From IMG/VR virus record IMGVR_UViG_3300032007_000049, positions 41,955 to 105,954 of that record: 64,000 bases of DNA. One strand, written 5' to 3'. Shown here piece by piece: positions 10,001-20,440 of the stretch (within the stretch, counting starts at the first letter, position 1; every line of letters begins with the position of its first letter). The DNA is from a virus. Its lineage: Duplodnaviria; Caudoviricetes. The notes beneath the pieces are model-generated. The model searched no databases. It was given only the letters and a program-made list of their open reading frames with translations, and was not told where the DNA came from. The position numbers were made by a program, and so were the translations under genes.

Positions 10001-13000
10001 GTTGTAAATCTAAAAATTATATCGTTAATATTTGTTTGAATTGGCAATTTAGATGGAATAATACTATTTATAGCTTTTTTTAATGATTTTTTATCATTTT
10101 CATTAACATCAATATTTTTTACTACGATATTAAATTTATTTGTTTTAAATCCAGGAACAGATTGTTTAAACATTCTATTAATTGTTTCGGTTTTATTACG
10201 TTCACCACAAGGTATATTTAAAACAATATCATCCACTTTATTATGTTGCATATTTAATATTTTAACTTCATCCTTTGTTAAAATGTTTTTATACAGTTTA
10301 AAATATTTTATTTGTAATCCGTCAGTAAAATAATTATTTTGTTTTATATGTTTAAACAACGGAATATTATAAAATGAATCAGTGCCAATTAACATATTTT
10401 CATCAAAAATATTTTCAGAAATATACTTTCCTATTTCAAAATTATCCGTTATTATTAGTTTTCCGTTTTTATATATTTCAATATTACCATCAATACCGTT
10501 AAAATTAATTACCATATTATTATCACCCGGCTCAAAATCAGGCAAATTAATAATACGTGTATTAATACGATTATTATATTTGTTAGTTAATTTATATTTA
10601 ATATAATAATCATTATATTGATCGTGTAATTTTTTTATCAATGAATAATTAGTTAACCGAGTTTCTCCTTGTTTCAAATTATGCCCACGATAATTTGTTT
10701 TTGTTATTAATTCAAGATTAAAATCTTCTAATTTATATAACGAAACATAATCATAAGGATTTTTTCGTAATGTAAATTCAGAATCACCTGTTATTTCAGT
10801 AATTTCTCTACCATATTTATCATATACCTTATCAACAGTTACTACAATAAAATATTTTTTAATTTTATTATCTCTTATTTCACTAACATAATCAAATGCA
10901 AATATTTTTTTGTTAATATCATTAAAATTATATCTAAATAATAAATCTCTATCGGTATTATAAATATCTAATTTAGATTCATCATAAGCAATACCAACAT
11001 AATCATCAAGTATTTTAAAATCTTGTATCGATTTAGCAGTAAAAAATATAGATGCTTGTTTGTTATCAATATAATTTATTTTTTTATTTACAGAATTAGG
11101 ATTAAAATAATATATATGATGGATATGACGGTGATTATTATCAATGTCTTCACCATCATAAAACAATCCATATCTATAATCTTGTTCGGTAATACCAGCT
11201 GTACTACTAGCTAAGAAATACTTATCATCTTGCTTAAATACTATATTATATGAATTAGGAGATAATAAAATTCCGGTTTCGGCAGTTATGCTTTCATTTG
11301 TTATAGTTTTTATATCTTCATCATTATAAGAAATTTCATATATATTGCCAACATTACTTATACCATATAAATTATTTTCATCATAACTCACGCTTACTAT
11401 ATTTTCATTTATAATATTATTCTCATTAAAATTAAAAGATAACAATTCAATACCGTTTGAATCCATTCGCATTATTTGTTGTTGATAAACAACATAATAA
11501 AAATCATTGTGTTCTACACGAACTAATTTTAAATATGCATCATAAATAGGTAATATATCAATTAATGATAAATCGGTATTATAAACATAATTACCATTAA
11601 CATCCATATCACTACTAAATAAAAATCTATTCCAATCATACAGATATGTACTCCAAGTATCATGGTTTAGATATGAAAGACCGCCTCCTAATGTACCATT
11701 AATAGTTTCCCAATTATCATTAGTCGTACCAAATGTAACACCACCAGCAAATGTTATAATCGGTAACGGGGTAGTAACTACATTTTTCTTAAATGTAAAC
11801 CCATAACAATTTAAATTACCAAAAATTTGATCTGCAATTACTTTATTGTAATCTACACTGTTTAAACAGAAAGAAAAACTTAATTGATTGTTATACATGT
11901 AATCTTTAACCGGTACTTTAGCATATCGAGAACCGTTTAATGTATAAATATCATTTTCAACATCTTCATCGTATACATATGTATCATCAGTATTTAATAA
12001 TTTAATAGAACTTAATATTAAATTTTTATTATTATTATTAAAATTATCAATTTCTCGATTAGTAATACGTTTATAAATATACGTTGTAGATGGATTGATA
12101 GTTAAATCGCTAACAATATCAATATATCCATCTTTAACTATTTCATTATGTTCGTAAAATATTTTATCAATATCTGTTACATTATTGATTACTTTAGCTG
12201 GATTTGTTGCAATATTTTGAACATTTGTTAATAATGGATTGTAATATCGACTTAACCATATACCTTTATCATCTAAATCAGAACAAGATAACCACGCATA
12301 AGATTTAATTAAATTATTATCATTTAATTTATAAATTTTATCAGCTAAGGATGGATTTACATATCCAAATGCACCTGAATCTTCAAATGCTATATCATTA
12401 ATATTAATCGAAGACGGGAGAGGGGATAAACTTGAAGGAGTTGTAAATGTATTTACACCTGGTTTAATTTGCAAATCAGTCAAATAATAATTATAATTTA
12501 AAGTCAATAACGCATTACCTGTTTCCTGATTGGAACCTGTAAATAAACTTGTATATTCTCTAAAATTAAGATTAGGTGTTAAATCAGTTTTTGATAAATA
12601 ACCACGGGGAGTAACTTGATTTTTTAAAACTAATAAATCAACATCTATATTATCTCCATCTAAATAAGAATATTGTGAGTTCATTAATATATTATTAGAT
12701 AAATCATAAATTGATTTATAGTGATCAATATCTAACGTTTTATTTCCATAAACACCAAATCCAGTATTTATATTCACATTATTTTTAATATTTGATGGAT
12801 TTGTTAAAATAAATGTTTGTGATTCATCGAAATATGACGTAGATCCCGTAATAACTTTAAATATTGATTCAATCAATGTTATTACACCATTTTGTGATCC
12901 CGAGTCTTCGTGATTAAATAAATATAATTTATCTTCGTCTAATATATAATTAAATTTTACTTTATTATTAATATCATCAGTAATACCTATATTCCCTGTA

Positions 13001-13443
13001 GGTGTAAGCATTAGATAATATATAGTACCAATATTATCCCCTTCTTCATTGACAGTATTATTTACAAATGTTTTAATATAACATTTTTCGTTTTCGAAAC
13101 ATATTTCAAAATAATTTGTTGGTGTATCACTTATTTGTAATCCTTGTGTTATATCACTAACCGATAAATAATATCCACTATTTTTAATATATGTAACCAA
13201 ATGATAATTATTATTATCTACTTTAGTTATATCAACATAATCACTTAACTTTTTATTATCAGTTAAATAATATATACTATAATTATTAATAGAATGATCT
13301 CGAGAATTATGTAATATTTCGTTAAAAAATACGTTATATCCTAAATTAGTAGTTGAGTAAGAATTATTAAATTGCAATATATCATCATTTTTATAGTGCA
13401 ATTTTAACGGACTTAAATACTTATTTACATTTTTAATATCCAT
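9997..13443 (-). CDS. Large baseplate-associated structural protein (LamG-like and propeller segments)
   Basis: 1148 aa; LSFSFCL..., MVINFNGIDGNIEIYKNGKL, IKYFKLYKNILTKDEV LamG-like pattern. Confidence 0.55.
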   Translation of the reverse strand: MDIKNVNKYLSPLKLHYKNDDILQFNNSYSTTNLGYNVFFNEILHNSRDHSINNYSIYYLTDNKKLSDYVDITKVDNNNYHLVTYIKNSGYYLSVSDITQGLQISDTPTNYFEICFENEKCYIKTFVNNTVNEEGDNIGTIYYLMLTPTGNIGITDDINNKVKFNYILDEDKLYLFNHEDSGSQNGVITLIESIFKVITGSTSYFDESQTFILTNPSNIKNNVNINTGFGVYGNKTLDIDHYKSIYDLSNNILMNSQYSYLDGDNIDVDLLVLKNQVTPRGYLSKTDLTPNLNFREYTSLFTGSNQETGNALLTLNYNYYLTDLQIKPGVNTFTTPSSLSPLPSSININDIAFEDSGAFGYVNPSLADKIYKLNDNNLIKSYAWLSCSDLDDKGIWLSRYYNPLLTNVQNIATNPAKVINNVTDIDKIFYEHNEIVKDGYIDIVSDLTINPSTTYIYKRITNREIDNFNNNNKNLILSSIKLLNTDDTYVYDEDVENDIYTLNGSRYAKVPVKDYMYNNQLSFSFCLNSVDYNKVIADQIFGNLNCYGFTFKKNVVTTPLPIITFAGGVTFGTTNDNWETINGTLGGGLSYLNHDTWSTYLYDWNRFLFSSDMDVNGNYVYNTDLSLIDILPIYDAYLKLVRVEHNDFYYVVYQQQIMRMDSNGIELLSFNFNENNIINENIVSVSYDENNLYGISNVGNIYEISYNDEDIKTITNESITAETGILLSPNSYNIVFKQDDKYFLASSTAGITEQDYRYGLFYDGEDIDNNHRHIHHIYYFNPNSVNKKINYIDNKQASIFFTAKSIQDFKILDDYVGIAYDESKLDIYNTDRDLLFRYNFNDINKKIFAFDYVSEIRDNKIKKYFIVVTVDKVYDKYGREITEITGDSEFTLRKNPYDYVSLYKLEDFNLELITKTNYRGHNLKQGETRLTNYSLIKKLHDQYNDYYIKYKLTNKYNNRINTRIINLPDFEPGDNNMVINFNGIDGNIEIYKNGKLIITDNFEIGKYISENIFDENMLIGTDSFYNIPLFKHIKQNNYFTDGLQIKYFKLYKNILTKDEVKILNMQHNKVDDIVLNIPCGERNKTETINRMFKQSVPGFKTNKFNIVVKNIDVNENDKKSLKKAINSIIPSKLPIQTNINDIIFRFTT

Positions 13444-13724
13444 TAAGAATTATCCGAATCTGATTTCGTTACATCAAGAAAATATTGTATATTATTTTCT
13501 TCATCTCTTATTTCGTTTATTGTTAATTTATACCAAGTATTGGATATTCCACCATCAGCTTTGAATAAAATTCCACCGTCTACAAATTTAAGACCTCTAA
13601 TAGGAATACGGCGCTCATATCTTCCTGCGCTATCTCTTTGATGGCCATCATACCCAACTATATACAAATCTTCATCTGCAGCAGACGGAGTAGAAAACGA
13701 ACTGAAGTTTACTTTATTAGCCAT
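13443..13724 (-). CDS. Small late virion protein
   Basis: TAAATA 5 nt upstream; stop overlaps the next start. Confidence 0.55.
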   Translation of the reverse strand: MANKVNFSSFSTPSAADEDLYIVGYDGHQRDSAGRYERRIPIRGLKFVDGGILFKADGGISNTWYKLTINEIRDEENNIQYFLDVTKSDSDNS

Positions 13725-13732
13725 GTAAATAT

Positions 13733-14509
13733 TTAGTTATCAGGGTCAAAATTATTATACATTATTTTAGACCAGGATGATGTTGTAACAGTGGTTGCAT
13801 CGTATTGTTTGTGTGATCTTATAGCACTTAATGAATTATCACTATAATCTCGTTCATTTAACCCAGCAAAATAATTAGTATTAACTTGATAAATAAGACC
13901 ACCTGCTGTATGTTCTGGTTTAAATAACCATGTTTTAATGGTAAATCCCAATGTTGCCTCATATAACATATCTGATTTGGCGTCTATACTATTTGTCGGC
14001 ATTGATAAACTTATATTTCCATCCCATTCAACCGGCGAACGAATTTCATGAAAATTAGGCAACTGAAATTCTAATGGAACAGCCCAAGAAATAACAATAT
14101 ATGGATTGGGATATGGCGCAATATTTGATATCATTTGCCATAAATCGTCCTCGTTACGACTAATCATAGACATGGTTATTCCGATATCTATAGGCATAGG
14201 AGTATTGTATTCCCCTATTTGTTTTTCCGATAAATTTATATATGTATTTGGAAGTATTTGATTAAATAAACGAGAATTATCTCTATTGATACTTTTAATT
14301 TCAATAGCAATGACTGTTTGTTGGTAATTTTTTTGAGGATCAACAATATCCATCAACACACGCTGTTTGGGTGCATATACAAAACGAACCTTTATTCTAT
14401 CTTTTTCTTGCCTATTTTTATTGTAACGTTTTACAACAACATCGTTAAAAGCGTTTTCAAATTGTTTTATAATATCTCGTATCTCAAAATGGTAATTATA
14501 TTGTTTCAT
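13733..14509 (-). CDS. gp15: Tail sheath stabilizer / tail terminator (T4 gp15-like)
   Basis: YHFEIRDIIKQF..FNDVVVKRY..IKVRFVYAPKQR, PMPIDIGITMSMISR..QMISNIAPYPNP. Confidence 0.85.
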   Translation of the reverse strand: MKQYNYHFEIRDIIKQFENAFNDVVVKRYNKNRQEKDRIKVRFVYAPKQRVLMDIVDPQKNYQQTVIAIEIKSINRDNSRLFNQILPNTYINLSEKQIGEYNTPMPIDIGITMSMISRNEDDLWQMISNIAPYPNPYIVISWAVPLEFQLPNFHEIRSPVEWDGNISLSMPTNSIDAKSDMLYEATLGFTIKTWLFKPEHTAGGLIYQVNTNYFAGLNERDYSDNSLSAIRSHKQYDATTVTTSSWSKIMYNNFDPDN

Positions 14510-15221
14510 CTTCGTTTGTATTTAAGTCCTCAGGAGTTATTATATATATTGGATAACCATTTATAGTAGTTAAATATGTAGATGGTTTTTTTATTAATGT
14601 AATTTGCTCATAATCAACATCATCTTTGCTAACGATTTTTTTAGATGTTATTGCATTAGAACGATTAGCTTGTTGTTTTAAACAATAATTAATAATATAA
14701 TTTGTTTTTGACTCAAGTGTCAAGAATACGTAATTATAATCATTAAGTATATATTGTGAATTTAAAATGGTTAAATCCCCTAAAATATCAAAAAAATCAA
14801 AACCTGTAAATAAAAATTTAATTTTTATATAATTAACTTCTCCATCCATTGTATAACATTTCATATATGTTAAATATGTCCCGCTTGATAACGACTCCCC
14901 ATATTCTAATTTATATTCATGTTCAAATAATGACAATATAGGAGAATCATCGTCAGATTTAATAACATTCAACATATTCCCTCTATAATTTTTAGTATCA
15001 CGATAATCTATACTGTAATCAGTATTAAATATTATTTTTGTTGAATCATTAGGATCAGTAGTTACATTCCAATCAATATCTATTTTAATTATTTTTTTAT
15101 TTTGTTCATTTTTTAACAATTCTTTAATATTGAAAACTACAATATTATTATTAAACAAATATATATTTGTTGGATCACTGGTATTATTAAATCCTGTAAT
15201 GGCTACATATGTTTTTTTCAT
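14496..15221 (-). CDS. Hypothetical structural protein (Ig/PKD-like)
   Basis: KIDIDW..EHEY..GTY pattern; structural operon. Confidence 0.5.
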   Translation of the reverse strand: MKKTYVAITGFNNTSDPTNIYLFNNNIVVFNIKELLKNEQNKKIIKIDIDWNVTTDPNDSTKIIFNTDYSIDYRDTKNYRGNMLNVIKSDDDSPILSLFEHEYKLEYGESLSSGTYLTYMKCYTMDGEVNYIKIKFLFTGFDFFDILGDLTILNSQYILNDYNYVFLTLESKTNYIINYCLKQQANRSNAITSKKIVSKDDVDYEQITLIKKPSTYLTTINGYPIYIITPEDLNTNEDETI

Positions 15222-18019
15222 TATCTTATTTCTATATAATTACCGGTTGAACTTGACAATATATCAAATGTGTTACCATATAATACGTCAACTATATTAA
15301 TGTTATATGTTTTATTTGTTAACATATTAACATTATAAAATGTATTACTATATAATAAAATATAATCAATATTATTTATAAATGACATATTATATAAATA
15401 AGGAATATCATTATAATTATAACATATAATACCCAAATTATATAAATTATTCATTGTATTATATATTAATTTTGGAATTGTTATTCGTCTTATGAAATTA
15501 ATAGAACTCCAATCGAAATTTTCATTTATAAACGATTCATTTGTTATTTTAATAGTTTCTATTGATAAATTATTTTTATCTATTAATTTTAAGGATGGGG
15601 CATAAAAATCACCAGTCAATGAACTAAACTCGGTTGAATAATTTATCATCTGAACATACGCAATTTTACCTATTGATTCTATATAAAAATACGTAGATGG
15701 TTTATCAATATAACCATTACGTTTATCTATATACATTGGGGAATATGGTGATTTAATAAATTTACCATTTTCATATATTATTTTGTCATATACAATATAA
15801 TTTGGTGTTGTAACTAATAAAACATCATCAATAACGTCAATATCAATAATAGCTTTATCTTCTAATAATTCTTGATATAATAACGAAGGTATGCTAGGTT
15901 GGTAATATTTGTCAAAAATAGTTTTTAAAGCACTATCATATCGTTCTATTTTACCATCTGTTACGTTTTTAACGTAAAATTCGCCTACTTTTTCAGCGCG
16001 TTCAGTTAAAGTTGTTACATTATTATTAGAATAAGAATCGTCTTTTTTGTTTATTGACGGGTCAATATTTATTATATTAATTGTTTCAATATTTTCATCT
16101 TTATATTCATCTTGGGTGTAAAATCTGCCACCATCATATAATACAGGCATTTGTTCAGATGCTATAAATGTATTAGTAGACGAGAAATCTATAGTTGTTA
16201 ATGCATGGGAATATAATTCATTTGTAAATTCAGGAATTGATATTGTATATTTACCTTCACTATTATTATTAACTATAGAAATCGCACCACATTCAACCAA
16301 AATATCATAACTTATATTTTTTTCATTAGGCCAATCACTCTCAGCTGTTGAATATGAACTTAATCCTAATGGGCTGGTATCAATTACATAGCCATCAACA
16401 CAAATATTAAATTTACGATATTTATTTGTATTATAATCAAAATTATTATTACTAAAATTACCCATCGGTAATGTATAATAAAATAAAGATGAAACATCAT
16501 TATCAATTGTTAACGGAGTATAATATGAAAAATTATCTAAATTGCTATTTAAAATTTTATTAATATTTTTATTAATATCGTATGTATTTGATTTGTTATA
16601 ATTAATATCTTTAAATAATACATATTCATTACCAAATTGATCTATCTTATTCCTTGTGATAACTCCGTTATTTATAAAATTTTCAAATCCATGAAAAACT
16701 ATTTTATCTTTATCTAAAGCATCTTGTTGTTGTTCAGCTGATGAATAACCATAAAAATATTGCAATAATGGGTCTGTTTTAGGGGTACCATAAGCATACT
16801 GTGAAGTATAATTTAATTTATTTTGATCATTGTCAACCACCCATATTAATTGTGGAATACTATATTTTGAATATTTATTAGGATCTGGATAAACATATAT
16901 CGAATTTGGAGATAATTTCGATGTGTTGACTTCATATTTCAAATTATTTGTGTTATAAAATAATAAACCAAATTTATCAGGTTTAAAATTAACACCTATA
17001 TTACGAATATCATCAAAAGTATTATATTCAACTGTAGGAGTATTTAAAATATCATTATTTAAAATATTAAAAATGGCATTATCCGCTTTTACTAATAATC
17101 CAGAAACAACTTCACTATTTGAATTTGTTGAAAGATAATAATAATCAGTGCCGGTATATCTTTCAACCATCGATTTTTGCAATGATAAAATAACATCATT
17201 AGTATTATTTGTTTTTGCATTTTCGATAAAATCTTTTATAGGTAAATAATCAATATCTTCAGTCGTTAACGAAGGGTTAACACTAAACGCAAATATTTTA
17301 TTTTCATATAAATAAAAAGGATATTGTCTTATTGCATCAATTATTGCATTATCATAATCATAAAACGATTTGTAATTAATATCATTAGTTTGATATGCAC
17401 TTAAAGAATTTTTTTCAAAATAATCATTATTATCATATAATTCTTCTATATCAACTGCTAATACTTCTTTTATATTATCAATTTCATCAATACCAATACT
17501 ATAATTAGCATTATTTGATATTAATTCATCAATTATTAAATCTTTAATTGTCGTTGCTGCATCTTTTGATGTATTAATATCTAATAATTGAGTTGTTCTT
17601 AATTTAAAATCATTTCTTTTATTTAGATAATATTCACAAATTGTATTAATTTTGCGTATGTAGAAAGGTAAAATTATATCTAATAAATTATTTAATTCAG
17701 TTGGGTTATTTAAAATATCTTCAGTAATTATTAGATTTGATAAAAATCTTTTTTCTTCTGCTGTTGAATAATCTATTGAAATTTCTTTTAATAATGCATA
17801 ATATTGTTGTTGAATAATTTGTTTATACAAATTAACATCAACTTGATTGTTTTTAGCAACACACCATTGTTGTATATATTCATTATACTCATTAATAATA
17901 TATTTTACATTAATAGATTGATCGTAAAATTTTAAAAATCTTATAAACGAGTATGGCTTATCATCATCATAAACCTCATTAGAATTATTAACAATAGAAT
18001 TGAGAATATCAGCCAGCAT
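15221..18019 (-). CDS. Large baseplate-associated structural protein
   Basis: 932 aa in the baseplate operon; TAAATA upstream. Confidence 0.55.
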   Translation of the reverse strand: MLADILNSIVNNSNEVYDDDKPYSFIRFLKFYDQSINVKYIINEYNEYIQQWCVAKNNQVDVNLYKQIIQQQYYALLKEISIDYSTAEEKRFLSNLIITEDILNNPTELNNLLDIILPFYIRKINTICEYYLNKRNDFKLRTTQLLDINTSKDAATTIKDLIIDELISNNANYSIGIDEIDNIKEVLAVDIEELYDNNDYFEKNSLSAYQTNDINYKSFYDYDNAIIDAIRQYPFYLYENKIFAFSVNPSLTTEDIDYLPIKDFIENAKTNNTNDVILSLQKSMVERYTGTDYYYLSTNSNSEVVSGLLVKADNAIFNILNNDILNTPTVEYNTFDDIRNIGVNFKPDKFGLLFYNTNNLKYEVNTSKLSPNSIYVYPDPNKYSKYSIPQLIWVVDNDQNKLNYTSQYAYGTPKTDPLLQYFYGYSSAEQQQDALDKDKIVFHGFENFINNGVITRNKIDQFGNEYVLFKDINYNKSNTYDINKNINKILNSNLDNFSYYTPLTIDNDVSSLFYYTLPMGNFSNNNFDYNTNKYRKFNICVDGYVIDTSPLGLSSYSTAESDWPNEKNISYDILVECGAISIVNNNSEGKYTISIPEFTNELYSHALTTIDFSSTNTFIASEQMPVLYDGGRFYTQDEYKDENIETINIINIDPSINKKDDSYSNNNVTTLTERAEKVGEFYVKNVTDGKIERYDSALKTIFDKYYQPSIPSLLYQELLEDKAIIDIDVIDDVLLVTTPNYIVYDKIIYENGKFIKSPYSPMYIDKRNGYIDKPSTYFYIESIGKIAYVQMINYSTEFSSLTGDFYAPSLKLIDKNNLSIETIKITNESFINENFDWSSINFIRRITIPKLIYNTMNNLYNLGIICYNYNDIPYLYNMSFINNIDYILLYSNTFYNVNMLTNKTYNINIVDVLYGNTFDILSSSTGNYIEIR

Positions 18020-18069
18020 TTTTCAAAATATGTAAATATTTAGTGACTAAATTTTATATGTACAACAAA

Positions 18070-20436
18070 TTAAGAAATAATCAAATTACTATATAATGTC
18101 TGTGAAATATATTTGGTTTTTGTTTCTGACCAATTATCTAAATTATCAATATCTGATAATTGAATGGTACTATATTTATTATCTAAATCTAATAAATTAC
18201 CCAATATTTCCATATTTGAACTAATAGACGGAATATATTCATAAAATTCATAATAATCACTTAATTTAAATGATGGTGGTAATATTAAATTCCATCCCCA
18301 TCCTATATCAGATAATTCTTTTGTTTCGGTATTTATATTTAATTTATAATTTTTTAATGGGTATACATATTTACCATCAATAGAAGAAATACCTTGATAT
18401 ATTTGATTTAAATCTGATAAGGGTAAATTATCTGTGTGATTTACTATTAAATTAGTATTTATTATCGAATAATGTTCTGAAAATTTTTCTTTAGCAAGTA
18501 TATTAACACCTGCTGTTATATTATAAGTATTAATATCTAAAAGATTTCCTTTATTTTTTCCATAAACATTGCCAATATAACCTTTTTTATCAAAATCTAT
18601 ATTATAATAATTATAAAAACCTTTTAATCTACTTAAATTAATAGAAAATAAATCAATAACTCTACGGAAATTAGGTGGGTATATGTAATTTACATCAGCA
18701 ATATATAAATTCATCATATAATAACGGTCATATAATGTATCAATTGTACATGTATCTATATCAACTAAATTACTAATATAATTTGATATTCTTTCAAATG
18801 TTTTAACCGTAAAAGAATTAGGGTCATTAACATTTCCATATAAAGTATCTACAAAATTATCTAAATTTTCATGTGAATTTAAAGTTGGTAATAAATTATT
18901 TTTATGGTATTGTTCTGCAAGTGAAAAATCTTCATTTATTTTACGTATATCTGTATTAGTTTGATCAATTATATTAAATGAATTTGATTGTGTTATAAAT
19001 GGAGGATTTACAATTTCTTTCGTAATTACATTACACGATAAAGATATTGTTATAAAACAATTATACACATCAGAATTTTCTGTATTATAAGTTATAATAC
19101 CTTTTAAATATCCTCCTTTTTCTGAATTATATGGCGACGGTTGTTGTATTTCTTCGGATATTAAATTGTATGAAGAAGTTGGAACTTTTCGTTCATTAAA
19201 ATCACTATCCAAATAATTTATTTGAATATCCCCAATCGGTGTATCACTATCATTAAATGAAATATAATATTTTTCATCATCCTTATCTTGAACTTTGAGA
19301 TTCCTTATGAAAGAAATAGGATAATTATATGAATGTTCCCCAGTATCAATAGGAATTGTATTTCTAAATATAAAATTTATTGGTAATCCTTTATATTTAT
19401 AAGTAAAAATATCAAATAATTCACTATCAATACCAGATGAAGTTATATATCCACTTACTTTATTATTGAGATCTTCATAACTCAATATATTATAAAATTT
19501 AAACCCATATGGTTTAGATAGCATAATAGGATAATTTATTGCATTATTGATATTATTTTCAACATCATAATTAACTCTAAATGGAGCTTCATCCAATGAA
19601 ACTTCAATAATAGTTGGAAATGCGGTTATATCATCAGAAGATAAAGAAGGATTACCACTGTATCGAAAACTACATGTTGCAGAAGTTCCTATAAAGGTAG
19701 CACCAGGAGCATAATCAATATATTCCGGTAGCCCATCAGTCTTATTTCTTGTAATATAAATTGGTGTCCCTTTTATAGTTACACTATTAATTGGTTGATC
19801 TTCATCATCAATAAATTTATCTGTAGCCGCCAAATGGGAATAAGCATGTGAATTATATACATCTGAATTTAATAAAGGATATAACGATTTATCAACATTT
19901 AAATTAACTTTATTTATACCTTTATTAATTTCATATGTTTGCCAAGATGTAAAAACATTTACACCAAATGTGATTACAGGCGATCTATCCCATAAACAAA
20001 CCCAATTAGTATCTAATCCTGATAAACCAGATAATAAAGAAGATCCTGATATTGGAGATAATCCATCAGTATCAATATATGAAATAAAATCACTATAAAC
20101 ATTATATTCATAATCAGGGGTAAAATTATATATATGAACAGTTTTCGTTATACCATTTTTATAAATTGTATATTTTTTATTTTCATCAACACCAACTAAT
20201 TGTAATGAAATTTCATATATACCAGGAGCTTTATACCAGTGGGTGGGGGATGTTTCACTAGAAAATGTTCCATCGCCAAATTGCCATATAAAATCATGGT
20301 CAGCAATATAATCCGGAATGGAATCTTTATCAACTTCAAATCGAAATTTATAGATATCTAATGTATATCCTTTATCAGTAGGGGTATTAGTTAGATCATC
20401 TAATATTTTGAATTGAACGATTGGATTTAAAGCCAT
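18070..20436 (-). CDS. Baseplate wedge-associated protein with N-terminal PKD domain (gp7-like position)
   Basis: FIWQFGDGTFSSETSPTHWYKAPGIYEISL PKD signature; directly after gp6; VDIDTC wedge-like C-terminal region. Confidence 0.65.
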   Translation of the reverse strand: MALNPIVQFKILDDLTNTPTDKGYTLDIYKFRFEVDKDSIPDYIADHDFIWQFGDGTFSSETSPTHWYKAPGIYEISLQLVGVDENKKYTIYKNGITKTVHIYNFTPDYEYNVYSDFISYIDTDGLSPISGSSLLSGLSGLDTNWVCLWDRSPVITFGVNVFTSWQTYEINKGINKVNLNVDKSLYPLLNSDVYNSHAYSHLAATDKFIDDEDQPINSVTIKGTPIYITRNKTDGLPEYIDYAPGATFIGTSATCSFRYSGNPSLSSDDITAFPTIIEVSLDEAPFRVNYDVENNINNAINYPIMLSKPYGFKFYNILSYEDLNNKVSGYITSSGIDSELFDIFTYKYKGLPINFIFRNTIPIDTGEHSYNYPISFIRNLKVQDKDDEKYYISFNDSDTPIGDIQINYLDSDFNERKVPTSSYNLISEEIQQPSPYNSEKGGYLKGIITYNTENSDVYNCFITISLSCNVITKEIVNPPFITQSNSFNIIDQTNTDIRKINEDFSLAEQYHKNNLLPTLNSHENLDNFVDTLYGNVNDPNSFTVKTFERISNYISNLVDIDTCTIDTLYDRYYMMNLYIADVNYIYPPNFRRVIDLFSINLSRLKGFYNYYNIDFDKKGYIGNVYGKNKGNLLDINTYNITAGVNILAKEKFSEHYSIINTNLIVNHTDNLPLSDLNQIYQGISSIDGKYVYPLKNYKLNINTETKELSDIGWGWNLILPPSFKLSDYYEFYEYIPSISSNMEILGNLLDLDNKYSTIQLSDIDNLDNWSETKTKYISQTLYSNLIIS

Positions 20437-20440
20437 TTAT